DNA of 64,000 nt from Felis catus (taxonomy: Eukaryota), in NCBI RefSeq assembly GCF_018350175.1, contig NC_058368.1:187736001-187800000 (forward strand), read 5' to 3'. Each line of letters opens with the position of its first letter. Positions within the stretch are counted from its first letter, which is position 1. Below are positions 63,161-64,000 of this stretch, in pieces. The notes beneath the pieces were generated by a model, which did no database searches, was not told the origin of the DNA, and saw nothing but the letters and a program-made list of their open reading frames with translations. The position numbers were made by a program, and so were the translations under genes.

Positions 63161-64000
63161 TCTTCTCCCTACTTCTACCCTCAGTACTTGGGGGTTGCCT
63201 GGACACTAGTTTCCAGCAAAGGAGGTGCTGCTACAAAACACCCTCATTTTATTTACTCTTCCTTTTGAGGCCCTGGAGATACGAACTACTCCAGGTCCAC
63301 ATAGCTAAATACATCTCCCTGAGGCTGATGGTTTCTCAAAAGTTACTGAAATAATTTACCTAAAGTGCCCATTTGTCGTGTGGTGACTTGAATAAACAGG
63401 GCTTGGTCTAATCCCAGAGTGACTGTAGAGTGCCATTTATTTCACAATCGTTTATTAAATGCTGATAATGTGCCAGATACAGCCCTAGCTGCGGGGCTGT
63501 AGCAGAGGAAGGGGGAAGAATGAAACCAACAGGGACCCACATAATCAATTTCAGGGGAGGATAAACACCAGGAGGGCGAGAACAACAGGCCAGTGACTGA
63601 GAGTGTGAAGACGTGTGGCCGGCGTGGAGAGGGCTCTCTGAGGCAATGTGGCTGCCAGCAGGTTTGAACTCTGCTATGGCCCTCATTCCTCAGAAGATCT
63701 CCAGGAGGAAGGTGATGATCCTTATTGTACTGAGGACGAATGAGACTTCAGAAGTTAAAAAACTTGCCTGAGTTGCAAAGCTTAGAAGTAGCTGGCTGGG
63801 ATTCCAACAACGTTCCATGCACTCCAAGTCCGTTAACTTCACCGGCGTTGTGTTGGCTTCACTATAAAATGAGTGGGGTCAGAACAAAAACAAAAACAAA
63901 AACAGAATAAAAAAAAAATAAAATGAGTCAGTTAGACTAAGATGACTCCTTAAGGACTTTCTCTAAAGTCATATATATAGGAAAATAAAATAAAATACAA

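Noticed and set aside
1-64000. CRISPR array, operon-like or other novel multi-gene system
   Set aside because: The sequence is a eukaryotic intron/intergenic region; no regularly spaced repeat-spacer array or unexplained coding cluster was seen.

Overview
Mammalian genomic DNA, most likely a felid/feliform carnivore (dense tRNA-derived Can-SINEs of the cat type), with three N-gaps. It holds the last two coding exons and 3' UTR of CCNJL (cyclin J-like, + strand, 525-~4270) and, convergent to it, the complete four-exon FABP6 gene (ileal bile acid-binding protein/gastrotropin, - strand, CDS 17567-12307, 128 aa). The FABP6 proximal promoter has a recognisable TATA box, SREBP site and FXR IR-1 element. 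The remaining ~46 kb upstream of FABP6 is repeat-rich and non-coding (SINEs, MIR/L2, MLT LTRs, MER20, Tigger1, microsatellites), with one orphan CpG island at ~41.2-42.2 kb. I found no support for a new multi-gene system, and all long ORFs outside the two genes look spurious. The most interesting signals are small: a TSD-flanked, polyadenylated non-SINE retro-insertion (47.1-47.3 kb); an inverted locally templated insertion that preserves a pre-microsatellite state (49.85/51.7 kb); a chimeric SINE insertion (30.7-31.1 kb); and no canonical poly(A) hexamer behind FABP6. Repeat family names come from recalled consensus motifs, and their boundaries are approximate.
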